Assembly (NCBI GenBank): GCA_043775075.1
Contig: JAYVSS010000059.1
Coordinates: 1-63,509 of the forward strand
Direction: 5' to 3'
DNA from: Acidimicrobiia bacterium
GTDB lineage: Bacteria; Actinomycetota; Acidimicrobiia; Acidimicrobiales; JANYDT01
DNA: 63,509 nt
Under the pieces are notes generated by a model, which was given only the letters and a program-made list of their open reading frames with translations, did no database searches and had not been told where the DNA came from. Position 1 is the first letter of the stretch, and the number at the start of each line of letters is the position of its first letter. Below are positions 27,923-37,795 of this stretch, in pieces. The position numbers and the translations under genes were made by a program.

Positions 27923-28147
27923 GACTGCATAGCGGCTGAATACTTCCGGGGTAGGAGAGGGACCGCGGCGTGCTCGATACTCCTCCTTGGATTCCTGGCC
28001 TTCGGTCCGGGTGCTTCTGCCGGCGCCCGGAACTGGGCACGCGTAACTGGCGGATCGGACAGCTCTCGCAGTTACATGGACCTTTCGTGGACCTTAACTG
28101 GACCTATCAAGAATCATCTCCGTCAATGGCGAACCATCCCAAGTGGT

Positions 28148-28714
28148 CTATTGGGCGAAGACCACGAACGCCTCGGAACGGCTCACTAACGGCAGGATCG
28201 CCTGCGAGACGAACCTCGACTTCTGACCCCTGTCCCAGCCACTGGAGGTTGGCGCAGCGCCGTCTGATCTGCCAGAAGGACCGAGCGTCGACTCGCAGTA
28301 GTCGTTGTGCGCAAAGACCGAACGTGACGTCGAAGACCGGGCGCGGCGCTCTTCTATCGGTCTTTCGCGCCGGTCCTGGTCTCTGAATTCTTGAAACACC
28401 GCCGACCGTTGCCTCGTGAAGCGATTAGCGAGCCCTCCCAGCAATCCAAAGTGTCGCGGCCGCCACGATGACTGTCGATACTGCAGGCGCCAACGTGAAC
28501 GATGCGGTCCACTTCGTCGATTTACTGCCCGCGCCGCAATGTCAATCTGCTGCTTCCCATATTCGAGTGCTGCAGTTTGGGCCTCGATTTGCGCTGCACG
28601 TAGATTCTTGTCCCGCTCAAATTCACGGAATCGCAGCCAAGCTTCAATCGTAATTTTCCGTCCGCTATCGGTCCCTGCGTGCCGCAGCTCGGCGATCAAC
28701 TGAAGGTCCGTCAT
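28148..28714 (-). CDS. orphan ORF; only the first ~65 codons look protein-like (coiled-coil), and it is possibly frameshifted or a pseudogene
   Basis: MTDLQLIAELRHAGTDSGRKITIEAWLRFREFERDKNLRAAQIEAQTAALEYGKQQIDIAARAV, followed by Arg-rich sequence. A different frame encodes ...KWTASFTLAPAVSTVIVAAATLWIAGRAR*, ending at 28425. Confidence 0.3.
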   Translation of the reverse strand: MTDLQLIAELRHAGTDSGRKITIEAWLRFREFERDKNLRAAQIEAQTAALEYGKQQIDIAARAVNRRSGPHRSRWRLQYRQSSWRPRHFGLLGGLANRFTRQRSAVFQEFRDQDRRERPIEERRARSSTSRSVFAHNDYCESTLGPSGRSDGAAPTSSGWDRGQKSRFVSQAILPLVSRSEAFVVFAQ

Positions 28715-28910
28715 CGATACCCGCAGCTTTTTTTCCGGTGTCTGCGTCGCATTAAACGCTTCGGTTTTATCTTCACCGTTCTTCGTCTCGAGAAACTTAG
28801 CGAGGCCTGAACACGAAACCAGACTCCTCGGAGTTACGAGACCGGAGGCCCGGGTTCCGAACAAGCCTCCCCTGACCGGTGATGCGTGCACCAGAAACGC
28901 CGCCAGCGGA

Positions 28911-29675
28911 CTAGCTCAGGGACGGGCCCGTCAGCGCGCCGCCGTCGACCACCAGATGGGCACCGGTGATCCACGAAGCGGCGTCGCTGCAAAGAAACAC
29001 GGCGGCACGGCCAATATCGTCTGGCTCACCAAGCCGGTGCAGCGGCATGTGCTTTGCTATGCGCGCTTCATTCGGTTCCCATAGCGCCTTCGCCATGTCC
29101 GTCTTGACCAAACCCGGAGCGATGGCATTCACCCGCACGGTCGGTGCCATTTCCGCCGCCATCTGGCGGGTGAGATGCAGGACCGCGGCTTTCGTGACGT
29201 TGTAGTAGCCGATGTTGGCTTCCACACTCAGCCCGCCGACGGAGGCGATGTTGAGCACCACTCCTCCGTGTTCGGCCATCCAGGCGTCCCACACCAACTT
29301 CGTCCATGCTACGTACCCGTATTGATTAACCGCCACGGTTTTCTCCGCCTGGCCGGCGTTGATGCCCAACAGCGGACCAAAGTAGGGATTGGTGGCGGCG
29401 TTATTGACCAGCACATCAACGCCACCAAATCGCTCCATGGCCGACGCCACGCACGCCGCCGCCTGGGCGGGATCTCCCGCATTTCCGGCGAACCATTCGA
29501 CTCGGCCGGGTCCTCCCGCCCGAAGCTCGGAGGCGGCAGCGTCGAGGACGTCGGCTTTGCGGCTGGTGATCAGAACGTCGGCGCCAGCCTCCACGAAGCG
29601 AGCGGCTATCGCCTTCCCGATACCTCGCGAACCGCCCGTGACGATTGCGACCTTGCCGTCCATTCGTATGTCCAT
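28911..29675 (-). CDS. SDR-family oxidoreductase (FabG-like)
   Basis: GKVAIVTGGSRGIGKAIA and YNVTKAA (YxxxK). Confidence 0.9.
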   Translation of the reverse strand: MDIRMDGKVAIVTGGSRGIGKAIAARFVEAGADVLITSRKADVLDAAASELRAGGPGRVEWFAGNAGDPAQAAACVASAMERFGGVDVLVNNAATNPYFGPLLGINAGQAEKTVAVNQYGYVAWTKLVWDAWMAEHGGVVLNIASVGGLSVEANIGYYNVTKAAVLHLTRQMAAEMAPTVRVNAIAPGLVKTDMAKALWEPNEARIAKHMPLHRLGEPDDIGRAAVFLCSDAASWITGAHLVVDGGALTGPSLS

Positions 29676-29778
29676 ATCGGTGACCCTACCGACCGCGACA
29701 ACGCCGCGGCCACCCGGTTCCCCCAGGCGAGCACGAACTCAGCCTCGTCTACGAAAGGCCGACCGGTAGGATGTCGTC

Positions 29779-31131
29779 ATGGCCACACCGACCTGGACTC
29801 CGACCTCTTGGCGCGAGCGCACTGCGCTGCAACAGCCCGAATGGCCGGACCAGGGCGCCTACGAAGCGGCGTTGAAGAAGCTCTCGCTCGTTCCGCCACT
29901 GGTGTTCGCCGGCGAAGCGCGCACGCTGCTGTCGTCGCTCGGACGAGTGGCCGAAGGCAAAGCATTCGTGCTTCAGGCGGGTGACTGTGCCGAGAGTTTT
30001 AATGACATGGGGGCTCCGGCAATTCGGGAAAAGCTCAAGGTCATCCTCCAGATGGCGGCGATCCTGACGTACTCGGGCGGCCTGCCGGTCATCAAGGTCG
30101 GGCGTATTGCGGGCCAGTTCGCCAAGCCTCGCAGTGCCAACACCGAAACCGTGGGGAATGTGGAGCTCCCCAGTTTTCGCGGGCACATCGTGAATGACGA
30201 TCCATTCGACGAGCAGTCTCGCCGACCTGATCCCGAGCGCATGATCACGGCATATCAGCAGAGTGCACAAACGCTGAACCTACTGCGGGCGTTCACCAAG
30301 GGCGGCTTTGCCGACCTCACGCGGGTGCATGCATGGAATCAAGAGTTCGTCCGATCTTCGCCCGAGGGCCAGCGCTACGGCTCGATCGCTGACGGTATTG
30401 CGTCGGCGCTCAGCTTCATGGCGGCGTGTGGCATCGACCTGTCCGAGTCGGCACCTATTCATCAGGTCGACCTGTACACGTCGCATGAAGCTCTCCTGCT
30501 TGGCTACGAGGAAGCGCTCACCCGCCAAGACACCACGAGCGAGCACGGCGACTGGTACGACTGCTCGGCCCACATGCTGTGGATTGGCGAGCGCACCCGT
30601 GGCCTGCAAGATGCGCACGTCGAGTTTCTCCGCGGGGTGAAGAACCCAATTGGATGCAAAGTCGGACCAGGCGTCACCGGCGACGACATCATTGCGTTGT
30701 GCGAGGTGTTGAACCCCGACCGTATCCCCGGCCGCCTCACCTTCATCAGCCGCATGGGAGCCAAGAAGATCGGCCGTACCCTCCCGGCCCTCCTCGCTCA
30801 GGTGCGAGATTCCGGCCATCCCGTCGTGTGGTCGTGCGATCCCTGCCACGGCAACACGTTTACCTCGGAATCGGGTTTGAAAACCCGCCATTTCGACGAT
30901 GTGGAAGCCGAGATGGTCGGCTTTTTTGACGCTCATCGGGCCGAAGGAACATGGCCGGGCGGACTCCATGTGGAGCTCACCGGAGACGACGTGACCGAGT
31001 GCATGGGCGGGAGCGACGACGTGACGGACGCCAGCCTGCCCGACCGGTACACCACCGTGTGTGACCCGCGCCTCAACGCCCGCCAAAGCCTCGACCTCGC
31101 ATTTCGTGCCGCCGAACTTCTCCGTCGTTAG
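29779..31131 (+). CDS. class II 3-deoxy-7-phosphoheptulonate (DAHP) synthase
   Basis: ...[14 protein letters not shown]...[10 protein letters not shown]...[12 protein letters not shown]..., 450 aa. Confidence 0.92.
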   Translation: MATPTWTPTSWRERTALQQPEWPDQGAYEAALKKLSLVPPLVFAGEARTLLSSLGRVAEGKAFVLQAGDCAESFNDMGAPAIREKLKVILQMAAILTYSGGLPVIKVGRIAGQFAKPRSANTETVGNVELPSFRGHIVNDDPFDEQSRRPDPERMITAYQQSAQTLNLLRAFTKGGFADLTRVHAWNQEFVRSSPEGQRYGSIADGIASALSFMAACGIDLSESAPIHQVDLYTSHEALLLGYEEALTRQDTTSEHGDWYDCSAHMLWIGERTRGLQDAHVEFLRGVKNPIGCKVGPGVTGDDIIALCEVLNPDRIPGRLTFISRMGAKKIGRTLPALLAQVRDSGHPVVWSCDPCHGNTFTSESGLKTRHFDDVEAEMVGFFDAHRAEGTWPGGLHVELTGDDVTECMGGSDDVTDASLPDRYTTVCDPRLNARQSLDLAFRAAELLRR

Positions 31132-31142
31132 GACGTGTCATC

Positions 31143-32573
31143 ATGCGCAACGTAGAGGTCGACGCCGTTGTTGTGGGAGCCGGACCCAACGGCCTGGCGG
31201 CCGCGCTCACGCTGGCCCGGGCGGGCCGCTCCGTGCACGTCATCGAGGCCGCCGACACTATCGGCGGCGGCTCCCGCACGAAAGAACTCACCCTCCCCGG
31301 GTTTCGCCACGACGTCTGCTCCGCCGTCCACCCGCTCGGGTTGGCGTCGCCGTTCTTCGTCGAAGCGGGGCTCGAGGCGAATGGACTTCGATGGGTCCAA
31401 CCAGAGATCTCCATAGCCCATCCCCTCGATGGCGGGCGGGCGGGAACCGTCGTTCGTGACCTCAACACAACGTGTGACGGGCTCGGACGAGACGGCGAGC
31501 GTTGGAGGTCGTTGCTCGGCCCGCTGGTGGATCGGTGGGACGACCTTGCTCCGATGATCCTTGGCCCGCTCACTCGGGTTCCGGCCCATCCGCTGACGCT
31601 GCTTCGCTTCGGCGTTCCTGCCTTGGCCCCTTCCTCGTGGCTTACCGATGCGTGGTTTCATACCGACGAAGCGCGGGCGCTCTTCGCCGGTTGCGCCGCC
31701 CACGGCTTCCTTCCGCTCGGCCATCTGCTCACGTCGAGCATCGCCCTGGTCCTACTCACCACCGCTCATCGGGTCGGTTGGCCGATCGCCGCCGGCGGCT
31801 CGCAATCCATCGTCGATGCTATGGCCGCGGCGATCGTTGCTGCGGGCGGAACGATCGAGACCGGGCAAACCGTACGTACGCATATGGATCTGCCAAGGTC
31901 GAAGGCCGTCTTTCTCGACGTGGCCCCTGGCCATGCCGCCCGCATCGGCGGCGAGCGTCTGCCCGAGCGATTTCGACGTCGCCTCACTCGCTTCCGCCAC
32001 GGCCCCGGCGCATTCAAGGTCGACTATGCCCTGGACGGTCCGGTGCCGTGGACGAACGACGCGTGCCGTCGGGCCGGTACCCTTCATCTCGGTGGCACGG
32101 CCAACGAAATCGCCCTAGCCGAGCGAGACGTGGCCCAAGGTCGGCACCCCGAGCGGCCCTACGTGCTGGTGTCCCAACCTTCGTTGTTCGATCCGTCCCG
32201 AGCCCCTGCGGGCAAGCATGTTCTGTGGGCTTATTGCCACGTGCCGTCGGGTTCGACGGTGGCGATGACTGATCAGATTGAAGCCCAGATTGAACGATTC
32301 GCCCCGGGCTTTCGCGATCTCGTGCTCGCCCGCCACATTGCCGGTCCAGCGTGGTTCGAGGAGTACAACGCCAACAACGTCGGAGGAGATATCGCCGGTG
32401 GCGCAAACAACGGCACCCAACTCATCGTTCGTCCGACGATGTCGTGGCACCCGTACCGCACTCCCGACCCGGCAATCTTTCTGTGCTCGGCCTCCACTCC
32501 TCCAGGCGCGGGGGTCCACGGCATGTGCGGCGCCCAAGCTGCGGCCGACGCGCTCGCGACCGTGCTGCGTTAG
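31143..32573 (+). CDS. phytoene-desaturase-family NAD(P)/FAD-dependent oxidoreductase
   Basis: [22 protein letters not shown] dinucleotide-binding motif. 476 aa. Confidence 0.8.
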   Translation: MRNVEVDAVVVGAGPNGLAAALTLARAGRSVHVIEAADTIGGGSRTKELTLPGFRHDVCSAVHPLGLASPFFVEAGLEANGLRWVQPEISIAHPLDGGRAGTVVRDLNTTCDGLGRDGERWRSLLGPLVDRWDDLAPMILGPLTRVPAHPLTLLRFGVPALAPSSWLTDAWFHTDEARALFAGCAAHGFLPLGHLLTSSIALVLLTTAHRVGWPIAAGGSQSIVDAMAAAIVAAGGTIETGQTVRTHMDLPRSKAVFLDVAPGHAARIGGERLPERFRRRLTRFRHGPGAFKVDYALDGPVPWTNDACRRAGTLHLGGTANEIALAERDVAQGRHPERPYVLVSQPSLFDPSRAPAGKHVLWAYCHVPSGSTVAMTDQIEAQIERFAPGFRDLVLARHIAGPAWFEEYNANNVGGDIAGGANNGTQLIVRPTMSWHPYRTPDPAIFLCSASTPPGAGVHGMCGAQAAADALATVLR

Positions 32574-32635
32574 AGCCCCGTGACAAGATCGCGGGCGGGA
32601 CGCCGCACCGAGACAGAGCCCTAGGATCGGCAGAC

Positions 32636-33814
32636 GTGGACGGACACGGCGATACAGACAACCAAGGGTGGTTCGACCCTTTGGCCCTCAGCGCGCGTGA
32701 GCGAGCATGGGGCGCAACGATGACGGGCCACACGGACGGCGCTGCGGCGGTAGTACACGCGCATACTAATTCGACAGCAGCGATCTCACTCGTCCAACCC
32801 CTCTTGCGAGAAGAGCGCGAGGAGGTGTTGCGTCTCACCGCCGCCACGGGAGCCACGATGGCCAAGGGTGGGGGCGATCGGTTGCGAGAAGAAGAGCCGG
32901 ATCCGGTCCGCACCTGCTTCGAACGCGATCGTGACCGCATCCTGCACTCGTCGTCGTTTCGCCGTCTGGCGGGAAAGACCCAGGTGTTCGTCTTCCCCGG
33001 CGACCATCAACGCACCCGGCTGACCCACGCCCTCGAAGTTGCTCAGGTCGCCCGATCGGTGGCGCAGGCCTGTCGGCTCAATGTGGCCCTCGTCGAAGCG
33101 ATCGCCATCGGCCATGACTGCGGTCACGGGCCCGGTGGACACGCCAGCGAAGACGCCTTCGCTCCGTACGTGGAAGGCGGATACAACCATGCCGTATGGG
33201 GCGCCGACGTGTCGCTCCTCTCGCTCAATCTGTGCCGCGAGACGCTCGACGGAATCCGTAATCATTCGTGGTCGCGACCTGCGCCGGCCACGCCTGAGGG
33301 CGAGGTCGTGAGTTGGGCCGACCGCATTGCCTACGTCTGCCACGATGTGGAGGACGCTGTTGCGGCCGGGGTGGTGCGCATGGACGAGCTTCCGTCGATG
33401 GTTCGAGATCTCTGCGGCGTCACCCGGTCCGATCAACTCAACGCGTTCATCGCTGCCATGGTCGAAGCGACGGCAACCACCGGTCAGATCGGGATGACGC
33501 CGCGATTTGCCCAGGCCCTGGCGGCGTTTCGCCTATGGAATTACGAGCGCATCTATCTACGGGACGAGTCCCGGGCCCAAGCCGGACAAGTGATCAAGCT
33601 TCTCCGCGCCCTCGTCGATCACTACGCGATCCACCCAGACGCCATGCCCGCCGGTTTCCGGTCTGACTCCGCCGGCTCACCCACCCTCGTGCATTCCGCC
33701 GTCACCTACGTCAGCGGGATGACCGACCGGTTCGCCTGTACCCAAGCGTTGAACCTTCTGAACTGGGACCCATCACGCTTGCCCGCCGGCGTCGACGTGC
33801 TCGCGCTTCGCTAG
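32636..33814 (+). CDS. dgt: dGTP triphosphohydrolase-like HD-domain protein
   Basis: FERDRDRILHSSSFRRLAGKTQV...RLTHALEVAQVARS...GHDCGHGPGGH. GTG 32636 follows AGGA by 9 nt. Alternatives are ATG 32720 and ATG 32858. Confidence 0.85.
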   Translation: MDGHGDTDNQGWFDPLALSARERAWGATMTGHTDGAAAVVHAHTNSTAAISLVQPLLREEREEVLRLTAATGATMAKGGGDRLREEEPDPVRTCFERDRDRILHSSSFRRLAGKTQVFVFPGDHQRTRLTHALEVAQVARSVAQACRLNVALVEAIAIGHDCGHGPGGHASEDAFAPYVEGGYNHAVWGADVSLLSLNLCRETLDGIRNHSWSRPAPATPEGEVVSWADRIAYVCHDVEDAVAAGVVRMDELPSMVRDLCGVTRSDQLNAFIAAMVEATATTGQIGMTPRFAQALAAFRLWNYERIYLRDESRAQAGQVIKLLRALVDHYAIHPDAMPAGFRSDSAGSPTLVHSAVTYVSGMTDRFACTQALNLLNWDPSRLPAGVDVLALR

Positions 33815-34677
33815 AGGACTGTTGACGTTGCGGCGCTCATCAAACGCCGACCACGACGACTGCGGCGATGGGGATGCAGCGGCTCGAAGGACTCAGCCGT
33901 TGGGTACAGGCCCCCAAGCCCCGGGAGGGCACGGAACGGTTTCCATTCGCCGTCACGACGATTCAGACGATCAGCGATTACTAAAAGCGCGGACGGATTG
34001 AACCCCAGTCCGATGTGGCTCGCCTTCACTTCGACATTGTCGTGTTGATCGTCGACAACGTCGAGACACAGTTGCCATCTGACCACTCCATCAGTTCGCG
34101 TATAAATCGAAGTGGAGGGAACCGGCAGCGTCGGCTGAACGTAGTCCGGCTGCCAATGCCAATTCGGATCAAAATGCTTCTGTAAGCGCGCAGAGATCAC
34201 CGAAGCGTTCGATCGGTCCTCGGGGGTCATCTGGATCGGTGAGCCGAGCGTGATCACCTGGCGCACCTTCTCCGGCATGTCCCTTGCCAGTTCTCGGGCG
34301 TAGAGGCCACCAAGACTCCAGCCGATGATCGTGACCTTCGATCCATGGCGTGAGTGCAACGCATCGAGGCGTTGGTGAATGCCGGTACGAATAGCGCGGG
34401 TCGGTCCGAAGTTCGTTCCGAGCCCCCATCCGTGCGCCCAGTACCCCCAACTCCGGATCATTGAGCGGAGCGCTACCGTCGACGCATCCCCTGCCGTAAA
34501 CCCGGGCATGACGAGGACGGGGTGGCTGTCGCCGCGACCGACGCAACGCAAAAGCGGCGATGAAGCCAACAAGGCGCCCATTTCGAATACGGCGGACTGT
34601 TCGCGCAAAAAGAGGCGCGTGGAAGGAGCAGAGACTCGGCGACGCGTGGTTGACGTGGGGGCATCAATCGACGACAT
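33811..34677 (-). CDS. alpha/beta-fold hydrolase
   Basis: VLVMPGF...IIGWSLGG contains the GxSxG nucleophile elbow. Its stop overlaps the convergent dgt stop (CTAG). Confidence 0.8.
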   Translation of the reverse strand: MSSIDAPTSTTRRRVSAPSTRLFLREQSAVFEMGALLASSPLLRCVGRGDSHPVLVMPGFTAGDASTVALRSMIRSWGYWAHGWGLGTNFGPTRAIRTGIHQRLDALHSRHGSKVTIIGWSLGGLYARELARDMPEKVRQVITLGSPIQMTPEDRSNASVISARLQKHFDPNWHWQPDYVQPTLPVPSTSIYTRTDGVVRWQLCLDVVDDQHDNVEVKASHIGLGFNPSALLVIADRLNRRDGEWKPFRALPGLGGLYPTAESFEPLHPHRRSRRGRRLMSAATSTVL

Positions 34678-34769
34678 CGAACAACGTTATCCCTGTCGGC
34701 CGACTTACCGCATGATCCGAGAGACTCATCCGAACTGAGACCAGGCCGGAGTTTGGTAGGAAGGATGCC

Positions 34770-35270
34770 ATGAGTCAGCCATTCGATTCGATGACGATGA
34801 GCGATGCGGCGGTAACGATTCGCTCCCTACCCCGGCGGTGCGCCGAGACCGTCGGCGGCCCCGTTGGTGACGATTCATGGGATCGCACGGTGCGTATCGT
34901 CGGCGGGTCGGGCCGAAGCGCCCTGGGCAGTATCGCCCGAATCGACGCCGAACTTGTCGCCCTCGGCACGGTCCTCGCGTCACTGCCGATGGAAAAGACA
35001 CCCTCGGTCAATCTCGGACCAATCGATCGCCAGAACTACGAACCGTCCGGAACCACCGAAATTGGAGAGATACTGGCGACGCTCGAAGACAACGCTGGCC
35101 GCGCCGCTCGGGCCATCGAAGCCCGCGGCCATGAAGACTTCGATCGGTCGATCACCGTAGACGGTAAACCAATGACGGCGGCCGACTATGTCCGCCGCGC
35201 CATTGCGTCCTCACTCACTTTTCTAAAGGACGCTCGGGCGACGATCGACGCCGCCCTCGATCAGCACTGA
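34770..35270 (+). CDS. hypothetical protein
   Basis: GGAAGGA lies upstream of the ATG. The composition looks protein-like, but I recognised no motif. Confidence 0.5.
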   Translation: MSQPFDSMTMSDAAVTIRSLPRRCAETVGGPVGDDSWDRTVRIVGGSGRSALGSIARIDAELVALGTVLASLPMEKTPSVNLGPIDRQNYEPSGTTEIGEILATLEDNAGRAARAIEARGHEDFDRSITVDGKPMTAADYVRRAIASSLTFLKDARATIDAALDQH

Positions 35271-35277
35271 ACTTTAT

Positions 35278-35298
35278 GTGTGCTGATTTTCAGCACAC
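35278..35298. terminator. perfect 9-bp hairpin between convergent genes
   Basis: gtgtgctga-ttt-tcagcacac. Confidence 0.45.
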
Positions 35299-35323
35299 TG
35301 AAGATCAGCACACAGATAATCAG

Positions 35324-36784
35324 CTACGCCAGTTGTTCCACGAACCGTTCGAGTTGACGGAGGTTCCGACACTCAAACGTGCCGTCCACGTGAGCGGCAT
35401 ATTCGTTAAGGATGGAGTCCCCCGTGTTCCAGTAACTCTTCGGTTCCGGGTTCAACCAGTACACATGCCGGGCCTTGCGACGGATCTCCTTGATAACCCA
35501 GGCTTGCGACGCATGATAATTGTTGCGCGCATCGCCGAGCAGGATCACGGTGGTCTTTGGCGAAATTTCCTTGCCGTATTTGTCCCAGAACACTTCGAAC
35601 GCGTGGCCGTAGTCCGAGTGCCCGTCCACCCAGATCACGTCGGCTTCGGTGTTGACCCGATGAATGGCCTCGGTAATGTCTTCGACCTTTTCGAAGTACT
35701 TCGTGACCTCATCGAGACCATCAATGAACACGAAACTTCGGACCTTCGAGAATTGCCCCGAGATGGCGTAGACGAGTTGAAGGGTGAAGCGGGCAAACGC
35801 CGCGACCGAACCCGAAATATCGGCGATCACGAAGATCTCCGGTTTGGCCGGGCGGGGATATTTGAACTTCGGGTCGGCCGGCACACCACCGTAGGACAGC
35901 GAGGTCCGCACGGTGCGGCGAAAATCCAACGGGCCCTTACGCCCGTGGCGGCGCTTGCGGGCCAGGCGAACAGCAAGTTTACGGGTCAAGGGATAGATCG
36001 CCTTACGCAACGACACCATTTCATCGCGCGTGGCGTGCATGAAATCGACGTCTTCGGGCAGGGGCTTCCGCAGCGTCTTGGCCATGGCCTCAACGCCTCG
36101 ATCGGCCACCAGGCGTCGACGAATCTCGGCCTCGATTTCCTGGCGCATCCGATTGATGCGGTCTTCGAACTCGTCCTGCTCGAGCTTTTCTTCCAGCTTG
36201 GTGAGCTCGCCGGCCTGCTGGCGCGATGCCTCCATCAACTTCTCGAGCATGCTGTCGAGGTCCAGGTTGCGCAGGGTGCGGTAGAGGTAATAGGTGCCGC
36301 CAACCGGGCGACCCGGCTCCATTCCGCTGAAGCGGGTGACCGCTGCTTTGGCGATCGCCCGCATCATGGCTTCGTCGGCGTTGAGCAGAGCGTTGTACAG
36401 CATTTGCGCCAGTTCTTCCGGCGTCAGTCCCTCCAGACCCCCGCCGCTCCCCTGCTCGTTCGGCTGGCCGGGCATGTCTTGGCCGGACATCTCGGGATCG
36501 CCATCGGCGTTGATGGAATACTGAGTGCCGCGGAGGGAGAAGTAGACCTCGAAGACGGTTTCGAAAGAACGCCAGTGGGCGGCATTCTTGACCAACGTGC
36601 AACCGAGCGCGTACTTGAACGCGTCTCGATCCTCCATTGGAATGACCTTCACGGCCTCCATGGCGTCGAGATTTTCGGTCAGGCTCACCGGAAGCCCGGC
36701 CCGGCGAAGCTCAACGATGAACCCGTTGAGCAGGTCCGTCATCACGCTGCCGCCACGCGGGGCCACGTCCATGGTGTCGGTCAT
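35324..36784 (-). CDS. VWA-domain protein (CoxE-like)
   Basis: EIFVIADISGSVAAFARF contains the DxSxS MIDAS motif. The start overlaps the MoxR stop by 1 nt. Confidence 0.85.
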   Translation of the reverse strand: MTDTMDVAPRGGSVMTDLLNGFIVELRRAGLPVSLTENLDAMEAVKVIPMEDRDAFKYALGCTLVKNAAHWRSFETVFEVYFSLRGTQYSINADGDPEMSGQDMPGQPNEQGSGGGLEGLTPEELAQMLYNALLNADEAMMRAIAKAAVTRFSGMEPGRPVGGTYYLYRTLRNLDLDSMLEKLMEASRQQAGELTKLEEKLEQDEFEDRINRMRQEIEAEIRRRLVADRGVEAMAKTLRKPLPEDVDFMHATRDEMVSLRKAIYPLTRKLAVRLARKRRHGRKGPLDFRRTVRTSLSYGGVPADPKFKYPRPAKPEIFVIADISGSVAAFARFTLQLVYAISGQFSKVRSFVFIDGLDEVTKYFEKVEDITEAIHRVNTEADVIWVDGHSDYGHAFEVFWDKYGKEISPKTTVILLGDARNNYHASQAWVIKEIRRKARHVYWLNPEPKSYWNTGDSILNEYAAHVDGTFECRNLRQLERFVEQLA

Positions 36785-37656
36785 TACTTGTCCGAAAACT
36801 CTTTCGCCGCCTTGACGATGTCGGACTGATACTTCAGCAAGATGTGGAGCGTCTCTTTGTAGGTCTGCTCGTCAATCGTGTCTTTGCCCAGGAGGACCAG
36901 TGTCCGGGCCCAATCGAGGGTCTCGGAAACCGACGGTGATTTTTTCAACTCCAGTGAGCGGATCGAGCGAACGATGCGCACCACCTGGTCAGCGAGGTTC
37001 TCGGAAAGATCAGGCACCCGCGTGAGAACGATTTCCTTTTCCCGGTCCATCGTGGGGTAATCAATATGGAGGAACAGGCAACGGCGCTTCAGGGCTTCGG
37101 ACAGCTCGCGAGTGTTGTTGGACGTGAGAATCACCAACGGGATTTGGGTGGCCACCACCGTGCCCAATTCGGGAATCGACACCTGGTAATCGGACAGGAT
37201 TTCGAGGAGCAGGGCCTCGGTCTCCACTTCGACCCGGTCCACTTCGTCGATGAGGAGGACGACGGGTTCGGTGGCCCGGATAGCTTCGAGGAGCGGACGG
37301 GTCAGGAGGAAGTCCTCACCGAAGATGTCCTCCTCAACGTCGGTCCACGTTCCGCCTTCTTCGGCCACTCGCTGCGCTTGGATACGAAGGAGCTGCTTTT
37401 TGTAGTTCCACTCGTAGAGCGCCTTGGATTCGTCGAGGCCTTCGTAGCACTGCAGGCGAATCAGGCGAGCGCCCGTCATCTTCGCTACGGCCTTGGCCAA
37501 TTCCGTCTTCCCGGTGCCGGCCGGGCCTTCACACAGGATCGGCTTTCCGAGACGATCGGCGAGATACACGACGCCGGCGATGCCGTCGTCGGCCAAATAG
37601 TTCTGGTCACGGAGACCGGAGCGGACTTCGGCGACGGACTGGAAACGGTCACTCAC
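36784..37656 (-). CDS. MoxR-family AAA+ ATPase
   Basis: CEGPAGTGKTELAKAVAK and VLLIDEVDR. The start was re-called to GTG 37656 (VSDRFQSVAEV...). Confidence 0.88.
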   Translation of the reverse strand: MSDRFQSVAEVRSGLRDQNYLADDGIAGVVYLADRLGKPILCEGPAGTGKTELAKAVAKMTGARLIRLQCYEGLDESKALYEWNYKKQLLRIQAQRVAEEGGTWTDVEEDIFGEDFLLTRPLLEAIRATEPVVLLIDEVDRVEVETEALLLEILSDYQVSIPELGTVVATQIPLVILTSNNTRELSEALKRRCLFLHIDYPTMDREKEIVLTRVPDLSENLADQVVRIVRSIRSLELKKSPSVSETLDWARTLVLLGKDTIDEQTYKETLHILLKYQSDIVKAAKEFSDK

Positions 37657-37795
37657 GTGGAGGTTCTGCCTTTCTTTGACCGACGGCTTGCGCAGGGCAA
37701 GACGGCGGTGATTATGTTCGGTGAGACGGGTGATTCGAAAACTGCGGGCCGTTGATGTTGTCCGTCCAATGACCCAACTGGCAAAACGACGGTCT

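Noticed and set aside
27970-28386. 138-aa plus-strand ORF with an SD-like GGAGAGG upstream
   Set aside because: The translation is R/S/P/W/C-rich with no hydrophobic core pattern, and third-position GC is unremarkable. It is kept only as part of the 'ORF-poor island' finding.
28846-28872. tRNA/tmRNA-like T-arm (ggcccgggttccgaacaagcctcc)
   Set aside because: There is no complementary CCCGG 3' strand for a T-stem, and no acceptor stem or CCA context. The tmRNA, RNase P (GAGGAAAGTCCGGGC) and SRP (GGAAGGAAGCAGC) signature strings were not found in 27851-28910 on either strand. It is more likely a 6-bp hairpin after the SDR gene.
35276-36829. 517-aa plus-strand ORF
   Set aside because: It is an exact antisense shadow of the VWA/CoxE-like gene. 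The translation is low-complexity (V/G/H/L/R-rich) with no motif, while the minus strand carries a clean DxSxS VWA protein. Long mirror ORFs are expected at this GC content.
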